A DNA stretch of 64,000 nucleotides, taken from Lama glama (taxonomy: Eukaryota). Shown one piece after another: positions 24,601 through 36,360 of the stretch. Made by a program: the position numbers and the translations under genes. Below the pieces are notes generated by a model. The model was not told the origin of the DNA. It made no database searches and saw only the letters and a program-made list of their open reading frames with translations. Where the stretch lies: positions 71,054,001 to 71,118,000 of the forward strand of contig CM052816.1 of NCBI GenBank assembly GCA_028534125.1, in the 5' to 3' direction. Position 1 is the stretch's first letter, and each line of letters starts with the position of its first letter.

Positions 24601-27600
24601 CTTAAATAATTAAAACTATAGGATCTCTGGCCATAAGCTAGTTGGGTAAAATGCAGTAATCTCTAAATACATACTTTTGACATTTGACCCAAAACCTTGC
24701 TATTGTTATAATTTTTTGTTTTGCTTTGGTTTGCTTTAAAAGAAGGGAATTTTAAAAATTTTAAATGAATTTCTGAATTTTTTTTAATATTTTGGTAGTA
24801 ACTTTGGGATTCAATTTCTATTATATAGTGGTACAACAATGTAAACATATTTGCTCTTCAAAATTGATCCATATTTTTTCTTTTAGGTTAACATATGGTC
24901 AGTCTCTAACATACTTTTCCATAAGGCTGTTATTGTGGGGTACAAAATATATTTTATATAGTTGTTAAATCAAATTTTAATTATATTTCCAGATGATCTA
25001 CATTAATATTTAATTTTGAAATCAGTTAAGACTAAATGAAATGTCCTACAACTTCTACATCTATGGTACTTCTTACTTTCATTTAATTTCTAGCACTATT
25101 AGATATTTAGATATTTTGTTCATGACAGTTATAGCATCCTCTTGTATTTATCTTTTGTCCATTTTTATGTTTAATATTTTGACCTTAATTCTAAGTAACT
25201 GTCAGTTTTAAATACCATTTGTGCTTTCTTTAATTATTTCTGTGTTTGCCCATATTTTGTCCCTTAACATTTATAAATCACTGTATTTTAGTTTGATTTC
25301 AAATTGACAATTTTATTTGCAGAGTGAATTATAAATTGGATTCGATGTCTTTTATCAGTTTGTTATTCAGTATTCACTAAATCTGTCAAACATATTCTTA
25401 CGTTTCTGGCTTGTGAATTTCAACTTTCTCTAATATCCATTGTAAGTTTTCTATTTTCCCTTTCCCCTCTACTCTTTTTGTCATGTCATTTGGGATTCAA
25501 GTGTGAAATTATTTGTAAGTCTCCATAAATATTAAGTTAACTGACAAAAATCCAGTAAATGGCAAAACTTGTATTTGGGTATCCCCCGGATTTGCTGGAC
25601 ACTGAGTGAAATCTGGAATAATTAAAATATTAATCTTGCCTCACCTACCTGGCAGAAGACGTATAAATATTATCTCAATTCAAAACTTTCCAAATAAAGT
25701 TTAAATATATACTATAAATCAATATTGGATTTATGACAGTCATTAGTGGCTATGAAAATAAATTGTCCTTGAGCACAGTACCCAGAATTATTTATTATTC
25801 AACTTCTTAGTTTTCCCGAAGACAATGCTTATCCTTTATGGATTTCCTTATGTGCATGCTTTTTCTACACCAAATTTCCCTTTCTTCTTGAGTCTTTTTC
25901 AGTCCTACTCTAACTGTATCCAGTTATTTAATAAAAGCAACAAACCTCTTAGTTTTCTCTAATTATACCCCCTACCCTGTTTGCGGGCTTATATTTATGT
26001 TTTAGGCCTTCTATTGCTTTAAAATTGGTTGTTTGAAACAATAATCTACAAGGATGAGGGCTACACGATTCCTTCCCTTTCGTAGTTTCCCAAACTGTGT
26101 TTTGGGTGCTAGTGATTTGGAAGGACTGGGTTAAGCATACTACCTGGCAGTGTGAATCGGATTTAAGTCTCCCTCTCTCTCCCTGTCATCTCCATCTCTG
26201 TCTCACCTCTTCTTTCTCGCCCTCTCTCCAGACACAGTTCCCATTCAGACTATGACCCATGTTAATTGACATTAGCTCTTCAGGGAAACATCAAATATGG
26301 CTTATTGATATTCACACAAAAGTGAATCAAACACTTCAGGAAAGCAAACTTGTGTCTTGCATTGAGATTCCATCTATATAAATGAACGAGAAAGAGAAAT
26401 GTCCGTAAATTTCATGGTGTAGCCCTCTTCACAGAAATGAGAAATGGCTGCTAGCTCAGCTGGAGAGCATCGCACAAAGCAAATAGAACTGATCCTCCTG
26501 TCGTGTTACGTGTAGCTCTTGCAGTCCACAAGAAGGGACCTTCCCGTGCAGCAGGCGAAAGTGGAGCTTCTCCTGTCATTTACGTGTTTAGGGTCATTTT
26601 TATTGAAACTCTGAGGTAGAAAGCAGTTGATTTTGGTATTAAAAGACAAAATATCCTAAGATGTAAGAAAGATAAATGAATAAAACAAAATATAGCTAAA
26701 TATAGATAACTACTAATTTGCAAAATAAAAAACGGTGAAATAGTGTGTGCTTTCCACTATGAAACTATGCACCGTCTCCGGTGACATCAAACTCTGGCAG
26801 AATTACTTGTCCCACTTGATGTTTACAGCTTACATATCAAATACAAAACATCCATCCACAGCACATTGACAAGCTCGTCACTTGCATCTCTGCTGAGCAG
26901 TGTATAAAGCTTTTACCTAATCCTTCTCAACTCTGAAGAACAAACTGCAAGAAATCAGTCAATATTTTGTCATTTCAGTATTACTACATTGCCCACAAAA
27001 TCCTACACAGATGGAGATAAAAGCTCTACTACAAGCAAAGAGGGCATTTTTTTCCTTTGCCACAAAATATTGATGAAGTGCTTTATTGAGGTGGAGATCT
27101 CATTAATTATTTGATTTACAGAAAAAGAAGGCAGAGGGAAATGAGTGCCCTGGCTAATACCATGATGTACCATCTTGAGACTTAAGATCTTTTTAATGTA
27201 TTCATCAGGGGTACATCTGAAAGGGGAAAGAGTGAGCTGAATGGGTCCATTAATTTAATTGAAGCAAGCTCAGACAAGAGATAAAACATCCCAGCCGGCT
27301 TCTTTTCATGCAGCATGAGCGCTGTAGTAAACAGGCGGAGATCCAAACACACCAAAAAGAAATAAAGGTCCGTGGAGACTCTAGAGACTTCAAGGCCACG
27401 TAACATCAACAGATGCAGAGGTGAATACACCCGAAGAGGCCCTCTCTTCACCCACCACCATGTCAGTGTTCCGTGGGCACAGTCTAGGCTTTATTGTGAA
27501 ACTCTGAATGACTCTGAGGTTACATGTAAGTAATTTAGACTTCCTAAGGCAAAGTTGCATTTGTTCTTTTTTTTTTCTTTTTTTTTCCCAAACTTCTGAG

Positions 27601-29697
27601 AAATAGACTCCATCTTCTGCTCTTGAAGAGATGGAAGAGCAGGACATCCACTGATCTCAGAAGCAGCTTTAAATGATGTTGCTCTCTCTCAGCTGTCTGT
27701 TTTTGAAATGTAGCAGTCAGAAAATTATCTTAGTCCTGAAGAGGTTGGGGCCTCTCTGTGCACTCAGCATTTGTCTTTCAGTGGTCAGCGTGATTGTACA
27801 CAGCACATTAATTCAGTTCCTGGCTCCACACAAAACAACCAAGGAGAGTCTCCCAGGGAACACAAAGCCTGTCTACTGCGACTTATTTCATCAGATAAAA
27901 AAACAGTTTAGTGTGTTTAATAAAAATTGTATTACATTCAGATGTTCATAAAGTCCTCAATATCATCATTTAGAGGCAAACCATGATATATGCATTAGAA
28001 ACCATTAGTAAGTATTAAATGAAATATACAGTTTTCATTAAAATGTTAGAAAAAATTAGCATTAAGGGTATTGCCAACTAGTTTTCAATGTGTGAAAGTA
28101 GAAGGACAATTTGTAAGAAAAATAAAATGTCTTTTAGTCAAATTAGATTCTACCCAATGTTATTTTAATGACAATAATAAACATGATGAATGAAAATGCT
28201 TTGGTGTCTTGGCATATAAATTTAAAATGGTGACAAAATGCAGGTATTTTCATAATAACAACATAATAACAATACATACATATATATATCTTATACATAT
28301 ATTCAACCCTATAAATCATGATTAAAGTTTCAGTACCAATTTTACAACTCAGTTAAACCCTAGAAATCCTTAAAAACCAAGTAGTTTTCAGGAAAAGGAA
28401 AAAGAGGCTTACAATGTAGTGATTGAAGTAAATTATATTTTTCATATTTTTTAGTGTCTATGAGGCATTTCAGTTATTAATTTTCATTATTTTTCTGTTC
28501 TTCAAATGAGGACATTATTTCCTTTCCTAAACATGGGAAACACTTCTTTCTTGTTTTGATAGTTACTTCATCAAAAGAACCCATTTTTTCAATTAAAATT
28601 TTATGTGGATCACCAGTATATTAAAGGATTCAAAATAATATTTATTATGGAATTACATAATTGGATTTCATAAGTTCAGTAATATCCCCAAAGGGGTTCT
28701 AATGAGTTAAATATATAATTTAAATTTTGGTATATAAGTAACTTTTCAAGTCATCAAAATGAGGCAGGAGCAAACTAATAAGCAGCTAATACCATGCTAT
28801 TTGACACCCTGAAGGGGTTCAGCAGAACCCTGTCCCAGAAGAACAAGGGTGAAACAGCACACGTGCAGTGCTGACCACAGCAAGTACAACCACCCCTTCC
28901 AAAGGACGTCTCTTGGAACCAAGCAGCTTCTTTCTCAGAGACACAATCACTGAACAATTCCTGGTAGATTTTATATTAACAGTTAATTTATTCAAATTGG
29001 TGATTCCACTTAAGTGTAGTAAGACTGCTTAACTTTCCTCTATCCAGCCTTGAGTCACCAGGAATTAAAAATGAGATAACTTCTGTGCATTCATCTAAAT
29101 GTTGGCATATATTTAGTGTTTGTCCGACACTTCATTTGAGAGTGAAAGAAGTAATCTGTTCCACGAGTAGCATAGATTTTATAACTCTTAAGACTAAAAC
29201 GTTCAATTTGGCTTTACAAAATGTAAGAATAAATCAGTAGCTTAGTATGGACTCCTTAATATAGATTCTATACTATGAGGCAGTAGATTTTGTTAAATCA
29301 TCTCAGTAAACCTTTTCTCTTTTCATAATTACTTAAATATTATTGTATATGGCTACTTTTTGAGGATATTATATTTAAAAATAAATTTACATATCAGATG
29401 TCTTGGTGATAGTTTAATAAACATTATTGTAGTAAGTTTATAAAAATATGACTACTTGAAGATAACATTAAGACTATAAATTATTTTCATTGTACAGTTA
29501 ATCCAATTTGCTATAAAACAGTATGGATGGAGCATAGCAATCAGTATTGGCTGAATAAATGGTTAAAATGTAATTAGCTCTTTGGCAAATATTCCTAAAT
29601 CATCAATGTCATCATCATAATCTACAGCAGTAATAGAGGTAAAAGAAAATGGTAATTTAATGTGTAAGTATTTTTTTGTTAGATATTATGCAAAAAA

Positions 29698-29906
29698 TAA
29701 TATAATGGTGAAGAGTACAGATCTTAGAGTCAGTCTGTCTTGGTGAAAACCTAGCGAAATTATTTAATTTTTGCGTATCTTGGTTTCCTCATTTATAAAA
29801 TAGGGATTAAATTATATACCATATAGGATGATTGTAAGGATTAAATAAGGTGAAATATGTAAAACACCCCAAGGAGCATTTAGCAAACATTGTAGTTATC
29901 ATTATT
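29698..29906 (+). mobile_element. MIR SINE
   Basis: atggtgaagagtacagatcttagagtcag...ggtttcctcatttataaaataggga...gattgtaaggattaaataag...gttatcattatt. Confidence 0.8.
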
Positions 29907-31815
29907 GCATCATCGATGATAAAACATTCCATTAGAAAAATAAGTGGCCAATATGGGAATACCTGATCAAAGCATGCTTATTAGTGATAATACCATCATT
30001 TTTCTTGAGATATTCCTTTTCTTCTGTGCAACTTTAGATATTCCTTAAGTTTCAATCTGTAAAGTAAAAAAGATTAAGAATATGTCTATTTAGAAAAATA
30101 AGTATTTGTGAAATAGGAGCCCTTTTTTCTCCCCAACCAACCAACTCTAATTTTTATTTTTGTTTTTTTACTGTAACATGCTGTACACTTACTGTTGTTT
30201 AATAAAGCATAACTTTATTGAAAATATTTTAAGAGAGTAAGAAAAACCTCTTCCTCCCCTGAATTTCTGTGGTGTTTAGTTTTATTAGTACCATGATGGT
30301 TTCTGTGAACATGTTGCATTTCTTTCTAGATCAAAAGTTCAAGATATACTCTGAATTTATACATTGCCAAAAACCTTCTCCTGAATTCTATCTCACATTT
30401 CTCCTCCTCTTTATCTCTCTTTTTGTGTGTGATGTGTGCCCAGACACGGAGTTTAGTCTATTTCCCTTGATTCCACATAACCTAGCCTTTTCTTCCCCCA
30501 CTTTACTTACAGGGTGTTCACTTCTTAAGTTTTTGAAAATTTAGAGCAGCAATGGGTTATTTTACAATTGATAATCCAGAGTCCTGTTGCTAAAAATTGC
30601 TTAGTTTCAATTCTTAGAAATTATTATTATTATTATTTTTGGTCACTTTTCTCTCTTGACTCCAGACTTTGAAAGTGAAGGTCCATCACTTCTTATTTCA
30701 ATCTGTTAAACCTTGCCTTTCAAAAATCATATAATCTCCTCACTTTCTTCCTTTATTCTTAAATGACTAACCTTTGTGGATATAAGTAGTCATGTAAACA
30801 ATAAATCATGTATTATGAGTTGGAACAAGATTGACTAAGGACTTTCAATTGCAGTCTTTTTTCTTTTGCTGCCCATTTCCATAAACAATGGAGTTTATAA
30901 TTTAAAATTTTGCATACTGTAAAATGAATTATGCCACTTTTTCCTTGGACAGCAGAATATTTTTTTAAAAATATAGTTTCAAATGGGGCTACCTTCATTA
31001 TACACATGAGAATATGAAGTTTATATAAAACTTTGATGTGCTTTAACTTCATTTAGGAAAACTTCTAAAATATGTCTTAAGTAGATCTTATTCCTGAAAG
31101 AACTAATTGGAGGGTCTTTTATAGGTCCTTGAGATTATAATTTGGATCATTAATTTTTAAGTTTAATATGGATTGAAGTAATGAATGGGATTTAAATGAT
31201 AACATATACTTTGCTTTCTTTTTACTTCTGTAATTATTTTACCTTTTAAAAATAATCAATTTTGTGTGGTATGTATTAGCTATTTATGAATGCTATGAAG
31301 TGTTAGATGTTACAGGAAATAGTGAAAAAGTATGTGCTTCTCATCATGAAAATTAAAATCTGTTTCAGGTGATATGACTAATCTGTCTGTCCTAAAAATT
31401 GATTCAATATAAAATAGATTATGCCTTATGAATCTAATCCTGTCCTAAATTGTATGTAGGGATTTCAGGTAATGTAGCCAAAGAAGGCTTCTTTAGTAAA
31501 GAAAAAGTAGGGCATAAAATAGTGAATAGAATTTGTGGAAGAGCAGTCAACATGAGTGAATTCATGACTTTGGTATAATTTGGGGACAGTGAGGGTAACC
31601 TGAGAAGGAAGGAAGTGATCTTTTCCTATTATACCTATTAGACATTCAGGCTCTGCTTTTTGAAGACCTAAGAGTTTATATACTGAAAGTACATTTATCC
31701 TATACTTTTAGTAAGAACATTTAGTATGATTATATTCTTTCTTGTATACTTTATGTATTTTTAAATTATGAAAAACTTTAATGGCTCTTTTTTATGGAAC
31801 ACAGTGTACACCTAC

Positions 31816-31855
31816 ACACACACACACGCACACACACACACACATTCACATACAC
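31816..31855. repeat. Imperfect (CA)n microsatellite
   Basis: Read directly. Confidence 0.9.
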
Positions 31856-32234
31856 AGTGGTTTCTTGGATTTCCATCACCCACTAAAATGTTGATTTAAA
31901 AATTATTCTATTATAATAACTCTATAGCGATAAATTGCCAACTATTTTTGTTTGATCATTTTCATTCCCTACAAAGAAATGAATGTATTTACTTCTAGGG
32001 ACTTTAATCTACATTTTGAAAAAAAAAATCATATTATACCTAGTTTGGAAAAGATCTTACCAGAAAAGATATTCTGTTTATATGCATATTTATTATTAAA
32101 TCCTCTAGCCAATTCTATAGCTGTATAGAAAAAAAACTGTTACATAGAAGACTGTGCATACATAGTACTAAAAGTCAGAATAGTAAGTGGTTAAGTGCAT
32201 AAACTTTGAAGAAGGCCACCACTTATTTGCTATA

Positions 32235-32745
32235 GAATATGTTGAACTTAAGATGTCTGTTATCAAAATAATGATTCAAGTAGTCTATTAGATGCATTCT
32301 TCTAGAGTTTAGGAGAAAGGTATGATCTGAAGATATAAATTTGGGAGTGCTTTGCAAATAGACGGCATTTGGTGTTATTAACTTGCATAAGATCATCAAG
32401 GGAGTAAGTATAGAACTGAGGACTGAGCCCTTGATCACTCCAACATTTAAAGGTTGGTGAGACCAAAGAAATGAAGGAAAAAAAAAACACTGAGAAGAAA
32501 GTAGAAGGAAAAGAAAATCAAGTGAAGAAGGTATATCAAAGAGGAGAGAGATGTCTACCCACTCAAATATTGTTAATAAGGCAGAATAAGAATGACTGAT
32601 GGCCATCAGCTTTAACATCAGGAGATTATTGGTCACTTTGGCAAAAGAAATTTTGGTAGGATGTTACTGGCAAAATTTTGGTTTGGTTGAGTTCAAGAGT
32701 GAATGGGTAGTAGTGAGTATAGATAAGTCCTTCAAGGCAATAGAA
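32235..32745 (-). mobile_element. LINE-2 fragment covering the RT core
   Basis: Minus ORFs give PLNVGVIKGSVL (cf. GVPQGSVLGP) and YTYSLDDLMQ...CRLFAKHSQIYI...LSPKL (cf. L2 YHLYADDSQIYISSPDLSPEL), split by a frameshift. Confidence 0.9.
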
Positions 32746-32789
32746 TTCTCTTTGCCAAAGCCAAACTACAACAACAAACACAGCCAATA

Positions 32790-33496
32790 AATACCCTAAG
32801 AATGAAACTCTAGATTTCTGCAATTAAAAATCAGGAGTAAAATAAGCTTACTCTCTTACACTAGTATTGCATATTGTCTTCTAGTTTTAGCAAAGCAATA
32901 AGGAAAGAAAATGAAATAATTAGCAAAACATTGGGGAAGAAGACATAAACTTATTTTTCTGATTAATATGATTATATCCATGAAAACCCAAGAGGTTCTA
33001 GTGAAATTTTGTAAAAACTAATGAATTAGAAAAAATATTTCTTTTCTATAGTCTTTTCTATAGTACTCAAAAATGTAAATAGAAAAATTTATTCACAGTA
33101 ATTTAAAAATTAATAAAGCATATAGAAACAAATTTAATTCAAACATCACAGTATCTTTAATAAACTTCTAAAAGACTAAATATGTCTAAAAAATGGGAAG
33201 AGAGGCCATGACCTCAGAAAGACAATAAAAATGACAATTCTCCAAATATCTTCTGTAAACTCAATGAATAAAATTTTTAATCAAGTATTTTTTTCAAGTT
33301 CATGGTACAAATAATTTTTTAATGATTTTTCAATTAAGAAAAAACACAAAATAGTGTCCTGGTCTTACCAGGTAATACTATAAAGCTGCTAAATAATTCA
33401 ATTTGATATTGCTATAGCTCCTAGGAATAGAGAGAGAATATAGAAACAGATTCCACTATAAGTGAAAATGTAACTTGTAGTGCAATAATGCCAGAA
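32790..33496 (+). mobile_element. Decayed LINE-1 ORF2 (RT region) remnant, L1ME class
   Basis: aaaatcaggagtaaaataag...ttagcaaagcaataaggaaagaaaatgaaataa...atgattatatccatgaaaacccaag. Confidence 0.7.
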
Positions 33497-33996
33497 NNNN
33501 NNNNNNNNNNNNNNNNNNNNNNNNNNNNNNNNNNNNNNNNNNNNNNNNNNNNNNNNNNNNNNNNNNNNNNNNNNNNNNNNNNNNNNNNNNNNNNNNNNNN
33601 NNNNNNNNNNNNNNNNNNNNNNNNNNNNNNNNNNNNNNNNNNNNNNNNNNNNNNNNNNNNNNNNNNNNNNNNNNNNNNNNNNNNNNNNNNNNNNNNNNNN
33701 NNNNNNNNNNNNNNNNNNNNNNNNNNNNNNNNNNNNNNNNNNNNNNNNNNNNNNNNNNNNNNNNNNNNNNNNNNNNNNNNNNNNNNNNNNNNNNNNNNNN
33801 NNNNNNNNNNNNNNNNNNNNNNNNNNNNNNNNNNNNNNNNNNNNNNNNNNNNNNNNNNNNNNNNNNNNNNNNNNNNNNNNNNNNNNNNNNNNNNNNNNNN
33901 NNNNNNNNNNNNNNNNNNNNNNNNNNNNNNNNNNNNNNNNNNNNNNNNNNNNNNNNNNNNNNNNNNNNNNNNNNNNNNNNNNNNNNNNNNNNNNNN
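33497..33996. other. Assembly gap (500 N)
   Basis: Run of N. Confidence 1.
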
Positions 33997-34762
33997 AAAA
34001 AATAGTAACATCACCAAACCATGACAGTGATGTGGAGAACATGTATCAATCATGCATTATTGATGAGACTGTAAGGTTGTATAGCCACCTGGAAGACAGT
34101 TTTATAGTGTCTTTAAAGAACTGAACATTCAACTACCATATGGCCCAGCTATTGTACTCCTGAGCTTTTATTCTAGAGAAATGAAAGCTTATGTTCACAT
34201 AAGAACCTGTACATAAATGTTGATGGCAGCTGTGTTCATAATAGTCATAAGATGGAAAAACCCAAACTCACTTACCCTTAGGTAAGTGAATGGTTAAATA
34301 AACTGGTGTATACATACCATGCAATACTACTTATCAATATAAAGGAATGAATAATTGATTCAGACCACAACCTGGATGAATCTCCAGAGAATCATGCTGA
34401 GTGAAAAGAAGCCACTCCCAAAAGTTTACATATTGTATGACTCTATTTATATAACATTACTGAAATGAAAAAATTATAGAGAAATGGACATTTCTTTAGA
34501 ACTTCACAGTGGTTACCAGTTATTAGGAGAGTGTGGGTAAAAGTGAGGTGGGTGTGGCCTAGCACCATAAGGGGTATTTCCAGTAATGGAAAGACTGTCT
34601 TGACTGTATCAATGTCAATACCATGGCTGTGATATTGTAATGAGTTTTGTAAGATGTTACTATTGGGGGAAACTCAGTGAAGGGTACATAGGGTCTTCCT
34701 ACATTATTTCTTATAACTGCCATTTGAATCTGCAGTTATGTCAAAAACATTTAATTAAAAAT
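33997..34762 (+). mobile_element. LINE-1 3' end (L1MC1/2-like), probably nested in the older L1
   Basis: actaccatatggcccagc...agagaaatgaaagcttatgttcaca...actattgggggaaactcagtgaagggtacatagg...ttatttcttataactgc. Older L1-like sequence resumes at ~34765. Confidence 0.85.
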
Positions 34763-35276
34763 ATTTAACCCAGAGATATTTCCCTATATGTGCTCAAAGA
34801 GATATGGACAATATTATTCACTGAAATGGCAAAAAAAGCAAACCACTAGGGAACAATATACCCTACTATACAGTTGTGTTATATTTACACAATAGAGTAT
34901 TATCTAGTAGTTAAAATAAATTATATCTACATATATTCAAATGGATAATTGTTGAAAAATTATCAAATGAAAAATAATGATAGAGAAGAGCCTTACATAT
35001 AAGTGCATTTTCAAATTTCAAATGAATTAATTTTTATTGCTTCTAGAAACACATACATGTAAATATTTAAATGTTAAAACATACAACATCACGTATGTAA
35101 CAAATACGAATATGCATTATGTACATATACATAATTTACATATTTAATTTATTATGTAATAATCCATGTGCAATAAGGGTACAGGGCAATTTTTTAAAAA
35201 ACTAGTCCAGTCATCAATTGAGGCTGATGTTGGTTTTACCAACAAGACTTTAAGTATTTCTATAATTAAAAAAAAT

Positions 35277-35367
35277 TTTTTTTAATTGAAGTGCAGTCAG
35301 TTACAGTGTGTCAATTTCTGATTTATAGCACAACGTCCCAGTCATTCATATACATACATATATTCAT
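35277..35367 (-). mobile_element. Very short 3' tip of lineage-specific L1
   Basis: T run, then aattgaagtgcagtcagttacagtgtgtcaatttctg...cccagtcattcatatacatacatatattcat. Confidence 0.85.
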
Positions 35368-35387
35368 CTACAATGTTTTATTTTATC

Positions 35388-35580
35388 CAGTGTTTCTCAA
35401 TTGTTGGCATTACTCTCTTACACAGGTGTGTTTGGAGATATTTGGGGGTATTTTTGTTTATTTTAATAACTAGAGATGCTATTGAAATTTAATGTCCTGG
35501 AGCTAGGGTTTCTAAATGTACAAAGTGCCCAATGAATAATTGTCCTGTTCCAAATGCAATAATGCCCATTGATACATAAA
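35388..35580. mobile_element. hAT-Charlie MITE (MER20/MER117-like)
   Basis: Starts cagtgtttctcaa; interior tttggagatatttgggggtattttt...gatgctattg...ataattgtcctg...aaatgcaataatgccc. Confidence 0.65.
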
Positions 35581-36262
35581 CTTCAGTTGTCCTCATAGAC
35601 CAAATAGGTGACATAAATTTGTGCAACACCTGGTTACAAAAGTTCATGCTGATGAATGTGTAGAAATTTAGATTAACTAAGGCATTCATATTATCTTTAA
35701 AAATATCCAAATAAATAGAATATGATTACCCTTTGCCACTTAGTTTGCTGTCTAAATTGTATTAGGGAAAAGTTGATCATGTTAAGCATAATAATAACAT
35801 TAGCAGATTTGCTTAAAATTAATTTAAGAATCATTCCAACTGAAGTGTAGATAAATGGGAAGGTAAAAAAGTAAAGCATGAGCAATTTCATAGGTCTAGG
35901 TGAGCAACAATTAAAACGTAAATAAAGACAATGGCAGTAGAAAGTGTGAAGAATAGGACAGATTTATGAGATTCAAGAGATTCTTAATAGGCAGAATTTA
36001 TTGGCCTTGGAGACCAAAGTGAACATTCCTAATGTCATTAGCAGCCTTTATTATCTTTGGTGGGAATGGTCAGCCTTTTAGCGAGAGATAACCTCATCTA
36101 TTTCCTCCAACTAAAGGTTTCCTCTAGCAGGACAAATTTAAGCCTGGATGAGTACTGATTTTTATCATTGATGCTGTTGTTCTTGATTGCTGGGGATTTT
36201 GGTTTTTCATTTGTTTGTTCGTTTTTGCCTTTTTTAGGATAAAATCTCCTACATGTTGTCAC

Positions 36263-36360
36263 TGGGTAACCAGTGGGCTCAGTTTGCCTGGGATTCTCCT
36301 GGTTTTAGCACTGAAAGTCTTGTATCCCATAGTCAACAAATTGGCATGTTGGTCACCATA
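36263..36360. mobile_element. hAT-Blackjack MITE (MER81-like)
   Basis: gggtaacca...tttgcctggga...ctggttttagcactgaaagtc...ttggtcaccata with inverted termini. Confidence 0.8.

Noticed and set aside
27153..28796. Shared 12-mer gctaataccatg at ~27153 and ~28784
   Set aside because: Many 12-mer matches are expected by chance in a window this size, and the similarity does not extend.
32223..32636. RT-like motif as a functional reverse transcriptase or novel retroelement system
   Set aside because: Frameshifted L2 fossil with the catalytic YADD degraded to FAKH.
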